Source: Octopus sinensis
Taxonomy: Eukaryota
Assembly: GCF_006345805.1 (NCBI RefSeq)
Contig: NC_043008.1
Span: 66,774,001-66,838,000 of the forward strand
Direction: 5' to 3'
Length of the DNA stretch: 64,000 nucleotides
In this document: positions 63,749 through 64,000 of the stretch, piece by piece
Numbering within the stretch: the stretch's first letter is position 1
Layout of the letters: every line of letters starts with the position of its first letter
Position numbers and translations under genes: made by a program
The notes under the pieces: model-generated
Seen by the model: only the letters and a program-made list of their open reading frames with translations
The model's database searches: none
Told to the model about the DNA's origin: nothing

Positions 63749-64000
63749 AGTACACGCACGCACGCGTATATACACATACGCATGCATACATACATACACA
63801 CACGCATGCACGCACGTACGCACGGACGCGCACGCACACACACACTCGCACACACTCGCACACACACTCACACATATATACACATATATGCATACATATA
63901 TATATAGGTATATATATATATGTATATATATATAAATACACATACACACATATATGTCTACATACAAACAACATTCATATATATATATATATATGTATAT
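63710..64000. repeat. (CA)n/(TA)n compound microsatellite
   Basis: Directly visible. Confidence 0.95.

Overview
AT-rich, repeat-saturated, apparently non-coding animal DNA (intergenic or deep intron). The SINE repertoire and microsatellite load point to an octopod cephalopod; this is inferred from remembered resemblance to octopus SINE families, not from a database search. No host gene, rRNA or functional tRNA can be supported, and most ORFs in the track are translations of microsatellites or SINEs. Recognisable content: (1) two dominant tRNA-derived SINE families, here A and B, plus minor ones; (2) decayed DNA transposons: a near full-length Tc1 (DD34E), two maT/DD37D-like copies, a self-inverted mariner, a Tigger/pogo fragment, a Merlin fragment split by a solo LTR, and hAT, pogo and mariner MITEs; (3) non-autonomous Helitrons and a PIF1 helicase remnant; (4) non-LTR fragments: R4/Dong-like copies in (TAA)n tracts, RTE, L1/Tx1 and Penelope GIY-YIG; (5) about ten type-I hammerhead-like motifs, most of them degenerate. 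The most striking observation is a short element found at three loci (10.0, 11.8 and 61.3 kb). It has a tRNA-like head, an (AAT)n spacer and a Penelope-type hammerhead tail, and at every locus it occurs as a head-to-head inverted pair. It is a candidate ribozyme-carrying SINE mobilised by Penelope-like elements.
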